From Prochlorococcus marinus str. NATL2A (GTDB taxonomy: Bacteria > Cyanobacteriota > Cyanobacteriia > PCC-6307 > Cyanobiaceae), in the NCBI RefSeq assembly GCF_000012465.1, contig NC_007335.2, positions 1,380,001-1,412,000 of the forward strand: 32,000 bases of DNA. Reading direction: 5' to 3'. Both the position numbers and the translations under genes were made by a program. How positions within the stretch are numbered: the first letter of the stretch is position 1; every line of letters begins with the position of its first letter. The notes beneath the pieces are model-generated. The model did no database searches and was not told where the DNA came from. It saw nothing but the letters and a program-made list of their open reading frames with translations. Shown here piece after piece: positions 19,689 to 29,736 of this stretch.

Positions 19689-19693
19689 AAACC

Positions 19694-20107
19694 ATGACTT
19701 CTGAAAATCTTGTTGCTAACGATGGTGTTATTTTATCGCCTTCTTATCGTTTACCCATCTTCATAATATTGGCGGGCTTATTATTCTTAATAACACCATT
19801 TAATCCTTGGCCAACTATTGTAATCAGCAGTTTTGGATTTTTCCTATTACTGCAATCATTTACCTTAAAACTAAAATTTACCAAGGACGATTTAATTGTC
19901 ATGCAACTTGGGAATGAATTAAGAAGATTTCCTTTTAAAAATTGGATAGCATGGAGAATTATATTACCTAAATTGCCAGGTTTTCTCTATTTTAGAGAAG
20001 AAGCAAGTCCTCATCTATTGCCTATACTTTTTGAGGTCAACTCATTAGAAGAACAGCTAAGGTTAAGGGTCAAGGATTTAGAAATACAAAAAGAAGTAGA
20101 CTCATGA
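19694..20107 (+). CDS. Conserved hypothetical membrane protein (two TM helices, then a soluble C-terminus)
   Basis: The ATG at 19694 (MTSENLV...) lies just after the mlaE-like stop. The track ORF start at 19559 would overlap mlaE by 130 nt in another frame. No family is confidently recognised. Confidence 0.55.
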   Translation: MTSENLVANDGVILSPSYRLPIFIILAGLLFLITPFNPWPTIVISSFGFFLLLQSFTLKLKFTKDDLIVMQLGNELRRFPFKNWIAWRIILPKLPGFLYFREEASPHLLPILFEVNSLEEQLRLRVKDLEIQKEVDS

Positions 20108-20138
20108 AAATCTAAAACTTAATTGAAGTTTTTGAAAT

Positions 20139-21167
20139 ATGGAATCCGAAGAAAATCTATCTGAAGAGAAACAAAATTCAAAACAGAATATTTCTGTGGA
20201 CAATTCTTCTTCAATAAAAAATACAACTCAAAAACCCCTCGAGAAGCAAACTAAATCACAAAGTGTAATTAGTCCTGAAAACAATCAAAAAGCCTCTATC
20301 GCGCAGACGCAGCCTATCATTGACATTGCGCTTAAAGATCTTCAGCTTTCACGTCAGCAGTTAGAGAAAGAATTAGAGGAACTTTCTCAAAAAAAAGTAC
20401 AAATTGAAACTGAACTTAAAAGCTCATTTACAGGCCAATCTGATGCGATAGCAAGAAAAGTTAAAGGTTTTCAAGAATATTTAACTGGTGCATTACAAGA
20501 TCTAGCTCATTCAGCTGAGCAACTAGAGCTGGTTGTTCCGCCAGTTATTGTTAAGCCATCGCCACTTGATGAAAATAAAAAAATTGAGCCTCCTAAAGAG
20601 AAAGAAGTTATCTCTGCTGTTTCTGATACTTTCAAACCTGATGAGACTTTAATCAGAAGCTGCTTTAGTCAATTTCTAGAACAACCTGATTTCTATGCTG
20701 AACCATGGAAACTTAGAAGAAGTCTTGAATCAATTGATATTGAAATGCTTGAAGATTGGTTCTTCAGCATGGGGGGAAGAGGCGCTCAACCAAGCAGAGG
20801 GAGTAGATCAAAGAATGCTTTAGTTACCGCAGGGATCATTGCAATTTTAGGTGAGTTATACGGCGAACAATTTCAGACTTTAGTTTTAGCCAGTCAACCA
20901 GAGCGACTGGGAGAATGGAGAAGATGTCTCCAAGATTCATTAGGACTTAGCCGTGAGGATTTCGGGCCAAATAGCGGAATAGTGCTTTTCGAGAGATCCG
21001 ATGGACTAATTGAAAGAGCAGATCGACTTGAAGAAAGAGGTGAGTTGCCTTTGATAATTATTGATGCGGCTGAAATTAATGTAGAAGTTCCCATTCTTCA
21101 GTTTCCTATTTGGCTTGCTTTTGCAGGAAGTCCCAATGAGATTTATGAAGATGATGGATTAATATAA
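20139..21167 (+). CDS. Conserved hypothetical protein: low-complexity N-terminus, coiled-coil, globular C-terminal domain
   Basis: A long ORF with protein-like composition. It has a heptad-like segment (LQLSRQQLEKELEELSQKKVQIETELK). The function is not recognisable from motifs. Confidence 0.6.
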   Translation: MESEENLSEEKQNSKQNISVDNSSSIKNTTQKPLEKQTKSQSVISPENNQKASIAQTQPIIDIALKDLQLSRQQLEKELEELSQKKVQIETELKSSFTGQSDAIARKVKGFQEYLTGALQDLAHSAEQLELVVPPVIVKPSPLDENKKIEPPKEKEVISAVSDTFKPDETLIRSCFSQFLEQPDFYAEPWKLRRSLESIDIEMLEDWFFSMGGRGAQPSRGSRSKNALVTAGIIAILGELYGEQFQTLVLASQPERLGEWRRCLQDSLGLSREDFGPNSGIVLFERSDGLIERADRLEERGELPLIIIDAAEINVEVPILQFPIWLAFAGSPNEIYEDDGLI

Positions 21168-21187
21168 AAATTCCAATTGAAATTATT

Positions 21188-21784
21188 TTGAATCTTTTAA
21201 TTCTATTTTTTGGATATTTATTCGGATCTTTTCCTAGTGGTTATTTAGCTGGAAGAATTGCAAAAGGAATTGATATTCGTTCATTAGGTTCTGGGTCTAC
21301 AGGAGCAACAAATGTATTAAGACATATAGGAAAGCGTGCAGCAATTACAGTTTTTCTACTAGATGTATTCAAAGGAGTTCTATCTATTTTATTAGCAAAA
21401 TATTTACTACTAAATGATTCTTGGCAAGTGGCTGTAGGTCTGTCAACTTTAATTGGTCACATTTGGCCTGTCTGGCTTAATTGGAAAGGTGGTAAAGCTG
21501 TAGCAACAGGGTTAGGAATATTTCTTGGTCTTTCATGGCAAGTTGGACTTGCCACTTTAGGCGTTTTCATCATAATGATTACATTATTTAGAATAGTATC
21601 ACTTGCAAGTGTTAGCGCATCATTAGCTCTGCCTTTAATAATGTTTCTAAGCTTTAGTGGTTCAAATCTTTCTTTACCATTTTTAATTGTTTCACTATTA
21701 GCTATGATATTAGTGATTTGGAGACATAGAGAGAATATAGTTAGGCTAATTAGGGGTAAAGAGCCAAGAATCGGACAGCCCTAA
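21188..21784 (+). CDS. plsY: Glycerol-3-phosphate acyltransferase PlsY
   Basis: Shows PlsY motifs GSFPSGYL, GSGSTGATNVLR and NWKGGKAVATGLG. It is 198 aa and multi-TM. The start is TTG at 21188. Confidence 0.9.
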   Translation: MNLLILFFGYLFGSFPSGYLAGRIAKGIDIRSLGSGSTGATNVLRHIGKRAAITVFLLDVFKGVLSILLAKYLLLNDSWQVAVGLSTLIGHIWPVWLNWKGGKAVATGLGIFLGLSWQVGLATLGVFIIMITLFRIVSLASVSASLALPLIMFLSFSGSNLSLPFLIVSLLAMILVIWRHRENIVRLIRGKEPRIGQP

Positions 21785-21788
21785 GAAA

Positions 21789-22514
21789 TTAAATACTAAT
21801 TTTATCGCAAAAACTCTTAAACATATAAGCAGAATCATTTGATTGGGTAATTGCTCTTCCGATAACTAACTTTGATGCTCCCATCTTAATAGCTTCGGAT
21901 GCATCAGAAACCCTAGATTGATCATTAATATTTGAACCTAATGACCTTATCCCTGGAGTTATCAACTCAAAAGTCTCAGGGTAAGATTCACGAAGGAATT
22001 GAACCTCTTTAGGACTACAGACACATCCTCCTAAACCAGAATTCGATGCAATCTCTGCCAGGTGCTTAACACGTTGATTGATTGATTGATTAATTAGAAG
22101 ATCATTACAAAAACTTTCGCGAGTCCAACTCGTCAATATTGTAATTCCCAAAAGTTTTGGCGGAATTAGATTAACTTTAGCGGCTCCTTCTTTTGCGGCT
22201 TCATTGGCCATCTTTAGAGCCTTCATACCAGCGCAAGTATGCAAAGAAATAAATTCAGCGCCAGTTTGTGATGCTGCGAAACATGCTCTAGCAACTGTTG
22301 TAGGAATATCATGAAACTTAAGATCTAAAAATATTTTTTTACCCTTTTCTCTTAACATTGATAATACGTCTGGTCCTTCACTAACAAACAACTCGAGTCC
22401 AACTTTAACCCAGACAATTTCAGGTATTTTTTTCAATAAATTGACAACATCATCTTTATCCATTCCATCTAAAGCAATAATTATTTTTTCACTTGGATTA
22501 TCAATATTTTTCAT
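21789..22514 (-). CDS. pyrF: Orotidine 5'-phosphate decarboxylase
   Basis: Blocks IIALDG, IFLDLKFHDIPTTV and the C-terminal LVIGRAIT are typical PyrF. Confidence 0.9.
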   Translation of the reverse strand: MKNIDNPSEKIIIALDGMDKDDVVNLLKKIPEIVWVKVGLELFVSEGPDVLSMLREKGKKIFLDLKFHDIPTTVARACFAASQTGAEFISLHTCAGMKALKMANEAAKEGAAKVNLIPPKLLGITILTSWTRESFCNDLLINQSINQRVKHLAEIASNSGLGGCVCSPKEVQFLRESYPETFELITPGIRSLGSNINDQSRVSDASEAIKMGASKLVIGRAITQSNDSAYMFKSFCDKISI

Positions 22515-22523
22515 AACGATCTA

Positions 22524-23771
22524 TCAAGTTGAAACACGAAGAAATTTCTTCTTTCCTACTTGTAATATTTTTCCTATGAGATCATCTGGAGTGTGAAACT
22601 CTAAATTAGGATCCATAATTTTTTTCCCATCAATTCTCACTCCTCCTCCAAGAATTTGTCTTCTTGCTTCACTGCTACTTGAACACATTTCCATCTTACT
22701 AAATAAATAAAATGCTTTAGCTGGAAAATTCACATTAGAAACTGATGCTTCTGGTATTTCCTCAAGAGAATCTTTAGTACCTAAAACTAATTTTTCAGAA
22801 TTAAATTGAGCATTTTTTGCTGCCTCAATTCCTTTAAAATTAGATGTTACTTTTAAAGCCATAAATTTCTGAACCTCTCTTGGATTTGAACTTAATTCTT
22901 TTAAGTTTTCATTAGTGAGTAAATTTAAATATGTAAGAACCAAATCATCTGGAACCTTTTCTAATTTTGAATACATAGATAATGAATCTTCATTTATTCC
23001 TACAATATTGTCTAAGCTTTTACTCATTTTTCGTGCCCCATCTAATCCAACTAAAATAGGTAATAGCATTCCAAATTGGGGTTTCTGTCCAAAAGCTTTT
23101 TGCAGATCTCGCCCCATAGCAATATTAAATTTTTGATCTGTACCACCAAGTTCCACATCAGAATTGATCGCAACAGAATCATATCCTTGAAGAAGCGGAT
23201 AGAGAAATTCATGAAGAGATATAGGAGTGCCAGATTTATATCGATTACTAAAGTCTTCCTTAGCCAGCATTTGACCAACTGTTGAATTTGATAAAAGTTC
23301 TATAACTTTAGACAAATTAAGATTTTCAAGCCACTCACTATTTCTTCTGATTTCTATGCGACTGGGAATTGAAAAATCAAGTAATGAATCTTTGGGATCT
23401 TTACCAAGTCCTAATTGCTCAAGGTAATTCAATGCATTTGATTGAACCTCATCTTTTGAAAGCTGAATTCTAGTTTTACTCTTTCCAGTTGGGTCTCCAA
23501 TCCTTGCTGTGAAATCTCCGATTATAAGTATTGCCGTATGTCCAGCATCTTGGAAAGCTCTTAATTTTCTAAAAAGAATGCTATGACCTATATGAATATC
23601 AGTTCCTGTTGGATCAATTCCAAGTTTTACACGTAAAGGCTTTTTATCTACAGATGAAAGTTCTAATCTTTTTAGAAAGCTTTGATCTGAATCTCCTGAA
23701 TTATCATTAGGGAAAAGATCATCTAACCCTCTAGAGATCCAATCAGGTAATTCATTGATGTGATCTAACAT
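22524..23771 (-). CDS. tyrS: Tyrosine--tRNA ligase
   Basis: Has the class I HIGH motif (DIHIGHS) and KMSKS, plus a C-terminal S4-like domain ([17 protein letters not shown]). Confidence 0.95.
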   Translation of the reverse strand: MLDHINELPDWISRGLDDLFPNDNSGDSDQSFLKRLELSSVDKKPLRVKLGIDPTGTDIHIGHSILFRKLRAFQDAGHTAILIIGDFTARIGDPTGKSKTRIQLSKDEVQSNALNYLEQLGLGKDPKDSLLDFSIPSRIEIRRNSEWLENLNLSKVIELLSNSTVGQMLAKEDFSNRYKSGTPISLHEFLYPLLQGYDSVAINSDVELGGTDQKFNIAMGRDLQKAFGQKPQFGMLLPILVGLDGARKMSKSLDNIVGINEDSLSMYSKLEKVPDDLVLTYLNLLTNENLKELSSNPREVQKFMALKVTSNFKGIEAAKNAQFNSEKLVLGTKDSLEEIPEASVSNVNFPAKAFYLFSKMEMCSSSSEARRQILGGGVRIDGKKIMDPNLEFHTPDDLIGKILQVGKKKFLRVST

Positions 23772-23796
23772 AGTCTAAATATTAAAAGGGTAATAA

Positions 23797-24114
23797 TCAT
23801 TTATCCAATTCTGATTTCATTCTCACCAAAGTTTTATTCATCTGATCAAACATTTGATCAGGAGTAATTCCAAATTGACTCAACTGAGTCTTTAACTGCT
23901 CTACTGTCATTTTTGCCTGAAAATCTTCTGAAAGTTCAAATCTTTTCATAAAAACTTTATACCTTTCCATTAAATTTTCCATAGTATCAATAAACATTAC
24001 TTTTCCCTCTCTATCAAATTTTCCATAATCAGAACCTAATTGCATCAGATTCTGATAATCAGTGAAAAGTTTTTTGGCCTCTTCTTGAACAATTTCGGAC
24101 TCGAAAAAACTCAT
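23797..24114 (-). CDS. Conserved hypothetical small helical protein
   Basis: A 105-aa ORF with balanced, helical-looking composition, lying immediately upstream of tyrS on the same strand. No motif is recognised. Confidence 0.6.
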   Translation of the reverse strand: MSFFESEIVQEEAKKLFTDYQNLMQLGSDYGKFDREGKVMFIDTMENLMERYKVFMKRFELSEDFQAKMTVEQLKTQLSQFGITPDQMFDQMNKTLVRMKSELDK

Positions 24115-24432
24115 ATCCTTGACCCAAGCTGATAGAAAAATTGCTCGATTTTGAATTTAACGACTACCATTGATAGTAACATTCAATTCTGAAGATAATC
24201 TTAGGCCATTTCCACCTAAAAGCATTTGTTTAAGAAGTGTAAATAGCCACACCACAAAAAAATATAATTCTTATTCAAAAAACATAAAAACTTACTAATG
24301 AAGAAAAACTCTTTTTATCTGTTCTTTACAAGCTAAACTCAAACTGTAATCAATCCAAATAATATAAAAACCCAGTTATCTCATGATAAAAAATATTAAT
24401 TGATCATTATTTTTTATTTTAACCTATTTAAA

Positions 24433-25032
24433 ATGAAAAAATTAAATCTTCAATGTGATTTATTTAACAATAATAATTTAAATTTTTCAGACAAAGGTCC
24501 TCTTCAAGATGTATTTATTGACAAAAAAATAATTAAGGAATGGCAAGCAAAAATCATTACTCATCAATCTCCCATTTTTAAATCCGGCCATATAGATGTA
24601 AATCAATATTCACTATTTGAATCTAGTTCAGATGAGTTAAATGCATCTTTCAATCCAATTGAACTTACTCCTTTACCTTTAAGTTTTTGGAGGTGGCCGA
24701 AAGCAATGCATGAGGGGCCTGCAGTTTATTTTGTAATGGATGAAATTATTGATTCGGGTGAAAATATAATTTTATATATCGGAGAAACAATTTCTGCAGA
24801 AAAAAGGTGGAAAGGAGAACATGACTGTAAAGATTATATTTCAAGTTATTCAGATTCTCTACATAAAGCAAATGTGAAAGCCAAGTTAAGCATTCGTTTT
24901 TGGCTAGATGTTCCAACTAAAACCAAGGAGAGAAGAAAATTAGAACAAAAGCTTATCCAAGCATGGCTTCCACCATTTAATAAAGAGACAAGGGAAATAT
25001 GGGCAACGCCATTTACTTCTCAAATCAATTAG
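24433..25032 (+). CDS. GIY-YIG nuclease-domain protein with an uncharacterised N-terminal half
   Basis: The C-terminal half AVYFVMD-x11-ILYIGET..EKRW....LEQKLIQAWLPPFNKE matches the GIY...YIG...R...E...N pattern (compare UvrC LENNLIKQYQPRYN). I chose ATG at 24433 over the TTG at 24400. Confidence 0.6.
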   Translation: MKKLNLQCDLFNNNNLNFSDKGPLQDVFIDKKIIKEWQAKIITHQSPIFKSGHIDVNQYSLFESSSDELNASFNPIELTPLPLSFWRWPKAMHEGPAVYFVMDEIIDSGENIILYIGETISAEKRWKGEHDCKDYISSYSDSLHKANVKAKLSIRFWLDVPTKTKERRKLEQKLIQAWLPPFNKETREIWATPFTSQIN

Positions 25033-25070
25033 TAAAAAATTGTTATCATGCATACAAGCTTAAAAATTAA

Positions 25071-26558
25071 ATGCAAGTTTCAGCAGTTTCCAAAGAAATT
25101 AACGAATGGTCAGGATCAGTTCTCATAGCTGGGATTTTGGAAGGAACAATCGAAAGCCAAATTAATTTATTTAAGGCAATAATAAAAGATACTTTTTTGA
25201 GCCAAAGGTTTATTGATTCAAAATTCGAAGGCAAAAAAAATCAGAAATTATCAATTGAACTAATAGAAGGCAAAGTTAAAAAACTAATTTTTGTAGGCTT
25301 AGGAAAGCCCGAAACTCTACGAATTGATGATCTGCGAAAAGCAGCTTCAATTGGTACTCGTCAAGTTTCAGGCTATGAAAGAAAGTTAGGTATATTTTTC
25401 CCTTGGGATGCATTTGACCCTTCCTCGGCTGCATGCGCAGTTGGCGAAGCAGTTCGATTGTCATCTATTAAAGATTTTAGATTCAAATCAGAACCAAAAG
25501 AACCTACTCCAATAGATGAAGTTGAATTAATAGGTTTGGACACCAAAACCACTAAATCAGCGATTGATGAAATAAATCCAATTTGCGAAGGAGTTAAATT
25601 TGCAAGAGAACTTGTTTCAGCCCCTCCCAATTTTCTTACACCATATCAAATGTCGAAAGAGGCTGAAAAGTTAGCCACTGATTATGATCTTGATCTGAAA
25701 GTTCTAGATAGAAAAGAGTGCGAAAATCAAGGGATGGGAGCTTACTTAGCAGTTGCTAAAGGATCAGATCTAGATCCTAATTTTATACATTTAAAATATT
25801 CCCCAAAAAACGCAAAAAACAAAGTCGTATTAATTGGCAAAGGCTTAACTTTTGACTCTGGTGGATACAACTTAAAAGTAGGCGCATCTCAAATTGAAAA
25901 AATGAAGTACGACATGGGAGGGAGTGCTTCTGTTCTTGGAGCAGCCAGAGCCATCGCAGAATTAAAACCGAATAACATCGAGGTTCATTTTATTGTTGCT
26001 GCTTGCGAAAATATGATTAACGGTTCTGCATTGCATCCTGGAGATATCATCAAAGCTTCGAATGGGAAAACCATTGAAGTAAACAATACCGATGCAGAAG
26101 GAAGGTTAACTTTAGCTGATGCTTTGGTTTATGCATGCAAACTGAAGCCTGACGCAATAGTAGATCTAGCAACTCTTACTGGGGCTTGTGTCATTGCATT
26201 AGGAGATGAAATAGCAGGTTTATGGACTGACAATGATCAGCTCTCTGAGCAATTAACGAAAGCTGCGGGTAAAGCTGGAGAGGGTATTTGGAGAATGCCA
26301 ATGCAAGATTCATATAAATCTGGAATTAAATCAACTATTGCTGATTTGCAAAACACAGGGCCTAGGCCAGGGGGGTCAATTACTGCAGCCTTGTTTCTCA
26401 AAGAATTTGTGAACTCAAGCATTCCATGGGCGCACATTGACATAGCAGGTACATGCTGGACAGAAAAAGATAGAGATATAACTCCAAAGGGTGCTACTGG
26501 TTATGGAGTTAGAACGTTAATTAATTGGATCAAGGAGTTGAGTCTAAACACCAATTAA
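25071..26558 (+). CDS. pepA: Leucyl aminopeptidase (M17 family)
   Basis: Carries the M17 signature NTDAEGRLTLADAL, plus GKGLTFDSGGYNLK and MKYDMGG metal-site blocks. Confidence 0.95.
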   Translation: MQVSAVSKEINEWSGSVLIAGILEGTIESQINLFKAIIKDTFLSQRFIDSKFEGKKNQKLSIELIEGKVKKLIFVGLGKPETLRIDDLRKAASIGTRQVSGYERKLGIFFPWDAFDPSSAACAVGEAVRLSSIKDFRFKSEPKEPTPIDEVELIGLDTKTTKSAIDEINPICEGVKFARELVSAPPNFLTPYQMSKEAEKLATDYDLDLKVLDRKECENQGMGAYLAVAKGSDLDPNFIHLKYSPKNAKNKVVLIGKGLTFDSGGYNLKVGASQIEKMKYDMGGSASVLGAARAIAELKPNNIEVHFIVAACENMINGSALHPGDIIKASNGKTIEVNNTDAEGRLTLADALVYACKLKPDAIVDLATLTGACVIALGDEIAGLWTDNDQLSEQLTKAAGKAGEGIWRMPMQDSYKSGIKSTIADLQNTGPRPGGSITAALFLKEFVNSSIPWAHIDIAGTCWTEKDRDITPKGATGYGVRTLINWIKELSLNTN

Positions 26559-26570
26559 TTTATTCACGCA

Positions 26571-26614
26571 TAATCAATAGATCTCAAATATATATATTTG
26601 AGATCTATTGATTA
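26571..26614. terminator. Perfect 44-bp palindrome, probable bidirectional terminator between convergent pepA and msrA
   Basis: I checked TAATCAATAGATCTCAAATATA/TATATTTGAGATCTATTGATTA position by position and found 22 of 22 complementary pairs. It lies 12 nt after the pepA stop and 9 nt after the msrA stop. Confidence 0.7.
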
Positions 26615-26623
26615 ATTATTTTA

Positions 26624-27235
26624 TTAATACTTATATTCACCCCAGACTTTTTTTAATCTATTATCTCTTCCACAACTGCTCCTATAAAAATTGTATTTGA
26701 GTGGATTTTTAACTGCAAAATCTTGGTGATAGTTCTCTGCCAACCAAAACACTTTTGACTCAACGATATCAACCTTTAATTGCTCCAAGGGTATATTCAA
26801 TCCAACAGAGATAGTTTCTTGACTCTCTTTTGCATCTCGCTTTTGTTCTTGATTAGATGTAAAAATAACTGGCTTATATGAATAACCTCTATCACAAAAT
26901 TGTCCATTATTATCAAAAGGATCAATATTAACCCAATATTGCTTAAGTAAATCTTTATAGCTAATAATGTCAGAATCAAAAACAACTTTCACAACTTCTT
27001 GATGCCCACTATGATCTTGATACGTGGGATTAATCAAATCTCCTCCAGAGTATCCACTTTCCGCAGAGACGACTCCATCAAGTTTTTCCAGATCATGTTC
27101 TAGGCACCAAAAGCAACCACCTGCAAAAATAGCTTCTTCTGATTCGGCAAATGCTTGCAAAGGACAAGCTATTAATAATTGCAAAAGTATAGAAAATACT
27201 ATTAGTCTTCTGAAGATTTTATGCATAGAAATCAT
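26624..27235 (-). CDS. msrA: Peptide methionine (S)-sulfoxide reductase MsrA with N-terminal signal peptide
   Basis: Has the active-site block FAGGCFWCLEHD (the CxxC variant seen in Bacillus-type MsrA), plus GYSGG and HQEVV blocks. The N-terminus FRRLIVFSILLQLLIACPLQAFA looks like a cleavable signal peptide. Confidence 0.9.
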   Translation of the reverse strand: MISMHKIFRRLIVFSILLQLLIACPLQAFAESEEAIFAGGCFWCLEHDLEKLDGVVSAESGYSGGDLINPTYQDHSGHQEVVKVVFDSDIISYKDLLKQYWVNIDPFDNNGQFCDRGYSYKPVIFTSNQEQKRDAKESQETISVGLNIPLEQLKVDIVESKVFWLAENYHQDFAVKNPLKYNFYRSSCGRDNRLKKVWGEYKY

Positions 27236-28407
27236 TAAATTAATAAGTCTAGAATATCCTTTGATGCTCTATCTGTAACTCCAGGTTTTCCTAATTTATC
27301 TTTCAATCTTTCATAACCAAGCTTTATGTCCTCTTTTGTTGAATTATCTTCAAGGATTTTTAATGCTGCATTAAAAATTTTATCCGCTTTAAAGTCCTCT
27401 TGTATAAACTCTGGTATTAACATTTTATTTAAAAGAAGATTAACTGGAGAAATATATTTAACATTAAATCTTAATAAATATCTTGCGAAAAAAGCAGTAA
27501 CTCTACTTACTTTATATCCAACGATTTGCGGAACTGAGTTTAGAGCCAATTCCATATTTATTGTCCCAGACTTAGCTAAAGCAAGATGAGCCGCTGAAAA
27601 TAGAAATGGTTTTAAATCGTCAACTTCATTAGACAAAATAATCCTTCCAGAAAGAGCATATTCTTTTAATGAATCATTTAAAAGTTCATTAAATTCATTT
27701 AATCCCGATGGTATTAGAACAGTAATAGAAGGATCTTTTTCCTGAAGAAGCTTAGCTGCTTTTAGTAATGTGGGTAAAATATATTTAAGTTCTTGTTTGC
27801 GAGAAGCCGGGATAATAAGAAGAAGTTTCTGATCAGAAGTTAATCCTATTCTTCTCAAAGCTTCTTCTCTAGTAGGAATATTTCGATAGAAATCCAACAT
27901 TGGATGACCTACAAATTTTACATTTCCTCCCTTGTTTGAATAAAATTTAGCTTCCTCTTCAAAGATAGCTAATATTTTATCTGTAAAACTAATCAAATCT
28001 GTTGTACCCGAATCCCCTAATCTCCATGCCCATTCCTGAGGCGCAATATAATAGATTATTGGAATATTAGGGAACTTTTTTTTTACTTTTAATCCTAGTC
28101 GAATATTTGGCCCCATATAATCTATTAAAACAACTGCATCAGGAGGGGAAGAACTTAAGTAATTGTCAATTTTTGATTGTGCATTTAATGTTGGTAGAAC
28201 GTAAGGGAGAGCTTCTAAAAAACCAATCGCACCTATCGAAGAAGTATTAGATATTAATTTAGCGCCTGCTTCCTGCATCCTTTCACCACCTAAAGCAATT
28301 ATCTCTAATTCAATTTTCCTTTTCTCGGCATTTGTCTTTAACGCATTTATTAATAAACTTCCCTGCAAGTCTCCAGAGACTTCACCAGTGCTGATTAATA
28401 ACTTCAT
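27235..28407 (-). CDS. lpxB: Lipid-A-disaccharide synthase
   Basis: The N-terminus [16 protein letters not shown] matches the LpxB GE.SGD motif. Size is about 390 aa and it sits next to lpxA. Confidence 0.9.
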   Translation of the reverse strand: MKLLISTGEVSGDLQGSLLINALKTNAEKRKIELEIIALGGERMQEAGAKLISNTSSIGAIGFLEALPYVLPTLNAQSKIDNYLSSSPPDAVVLIDYMGPNIRLGLKVKKKFPNIPIIYYIAPQEWAWRLGDSGTTDLISFTDKILAIFEEEAKFYSNKGGNVKFVGHPMLDFYRNIPTREEALRRIGLTSDQKLLLIIPASRKQELKYILPTLLKAAKLLQEKDPSITVLIPSGLNEFNELLNDSLKEYALSGRIILSNEVDDLKPFLFSAAHLALAKSGTINMELALNSVPQIVGYKVSRVTAFFARYLLRFNVKYISPVNLLLNKMLIPEFIQEDFKADKIFNAALKILEDNSTKEDIKLGYERLKDKLGKPGVTDRASKDILDLLI

Positions 28408-29276
28408 TTTTTATTAGTTGAAATAAAGTAAGGCATTGGGCCTCTTCTACCTTTCCCAATAGAGAGTTCTATAAATCCACATAATCTTGCAGAAGATTGT
28501 AATAAATTCTCTTGTCTTGCCCTTTTTAAACCATCAGAAATTACATATTCAGATTTAAATAATAAGTTCCAAATTCTTTTCAATTGTAGATATTCTTCTT
28601 TATTCTCTTTATCTAAAGTTTGCCTTTTAATTCCAACTTTATTTAGTCCCCGCATTCTTCCAGGATGTCCCTCCACCAAGCAAAATGGAGGAACATCTCT
28701 ATCAACTCTTGTCATGCCCCCAACCATAGCTAAATAACCAATATGAACAAATTGATGTATCCCCAAGCATCCTCCAATAACAGCTCTATCTTCAACAACA
28801 ACGTGACCTGCAATTTGCACGCTATTAGCTATAACGACACTGTTTCCGATATCACAATTATGTCCTAAATGTGAATAGGCCATTAACAAATTCTGATTCC
28901 CAACTATAGTTTTCTCCCCTTCAAAGGTGGCCCTATTAATAGTTACACATTCTCTAAAAGTATTATCATCTCCAATTAAGACATCAGTAGAGTCTCCTCC
29001 ATACTTCAAATCTTGGGGTTCTAATCCAATACATGCTCCTGGGAAAATCTTATTATTAGATCCTATTTTTACTTTACCCTCGATAATTACATTTGCTCCT
29101 ATCCAAGTATTAGGACCAACGATCACATCTGGACCAATAACAGAGCCTGAACCAACAGATACACCTCTGCCAAGTTCAGCTTTTGGAGAGACGTCCGCAA
29201 ATTCATGAATATTTACTTTGTTATCTGCAATTAAGCTTTGAGAAGATTGACGTTCACTCATTACTTCAATCCACAA
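28404..29276 (-). CDS. lpxA: Acyl-ACP--UDP-N-acetylglucosamine O-acyltransferase
   Basis: Hexapeptide-repeat left-handed beta-helix ([29 protein letters not shown]...) and a helical C-terminus. The start may be ATG at 29261, which avoids overlap with fabZ. Confidence 0.9.
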   Translation of the reverse strand: MWIEVMSERQSSQSLIADNKVNIHEFADVSPKAELGRGVSVGSGSVIGPDVIVGPNTWIGANVIIEGKVKIGSNNKIFPGACIGLEPQDLKYGGDSTDVLIGDDNTFRECVTINRATFEGEKTIVGNQNLLMAYSHLGHNCDIGNSVVIANSVQIAGHVVVEDRAVIGGCLGIHQFVHIGYLAMVGGMTRVDRDVPPFCLVEGHPGRMRGLNKVGIKRQTLDKENKEEYLQLKRIWNLLFKSEYVISDGLKRARQENLLQSSARLCGFIELSIGKGRRGPMPYFISTNKK

Positions 29277-29724
29277 GAGAGAACATCAAATCTCCGGAAC
29301 AAACCAACTGATCATCCACTTTTGCTTCTCCCTTAACTTTTCCAAATCTCTTTCTTTTGATGCTTATCAACTCACAAGATATCAATAATTGATCCCCTGG
29401 AACCACTGGACGCCTAAACCGAACCGAATCAATCCCAGCGAACACAAAAAGCCCTTTTGGAAGATCAGGCATTTGAGAAACAATCAAACCACCGACTTGA
29501 GCCATTGCTTCTACTATTAAAACTCCAGGCATTAGTGGTCTATCAGGAAAATGGCCTTGAAATTGCGGCTCATTAAGAGTGACATTTTTTATTGCCACAG
29601 CTTTCTTGCCTTGATCATGTTCTATCACTCTGTCAACAAGCGCAAAGGGATATCTATGTGGCAAAAGCCCCATTATTTGCTCGCTATTTAAAACAAGAGG
29701 TTGAGAAGGAGAAATGTCAGTCAA
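29266..29724 (-). CDS. fabZ: 3-hydroxyacyl-ACP dehydratase FabZ
   Basis: [35 protein letters not shown] and FAGID..RFRRPV.PGD are canonical FabZ blocks. Confidence 0.95.
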   Translation of the reverse strand: MTDISPSQPLVLNSEQIMGLLPHRYPFALVDRVIEHDQGKKAVAIKNVTLNEPQFQGHFPDRPLMPGVLIVEAMAQVGGLIVSQMPDLPKGLFVFAGIDSVRFRRPVVPGDQLLISCELISIKRKRFGKVKGEAKVDDQLVCSGDLMFSLVD

Positions 29725-29736
29725 AATAAGATTTAA

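Noticed and set aside
19559-19693. N-terminal 45 codons of the track ORF 19559-20107, which overlap the end of the mlaE-like gene in another frame.
   Set aside because: The extension (MRMGINHKRRAKRSRFKHYWSCSYDS...) looks like out-of-frame read-through of mlaE. An ATG at 19694, right after the mlaE stop, gives a sensible membrane protein.
24400-24432. TTG-initiated 11-codon extension (MIIIFYFNLFK) of the GIY-YIG ORF.
   Set aside because: It is pure AT-rich low-complexity sequence, and the ATG at 24433 is a more plausible start.
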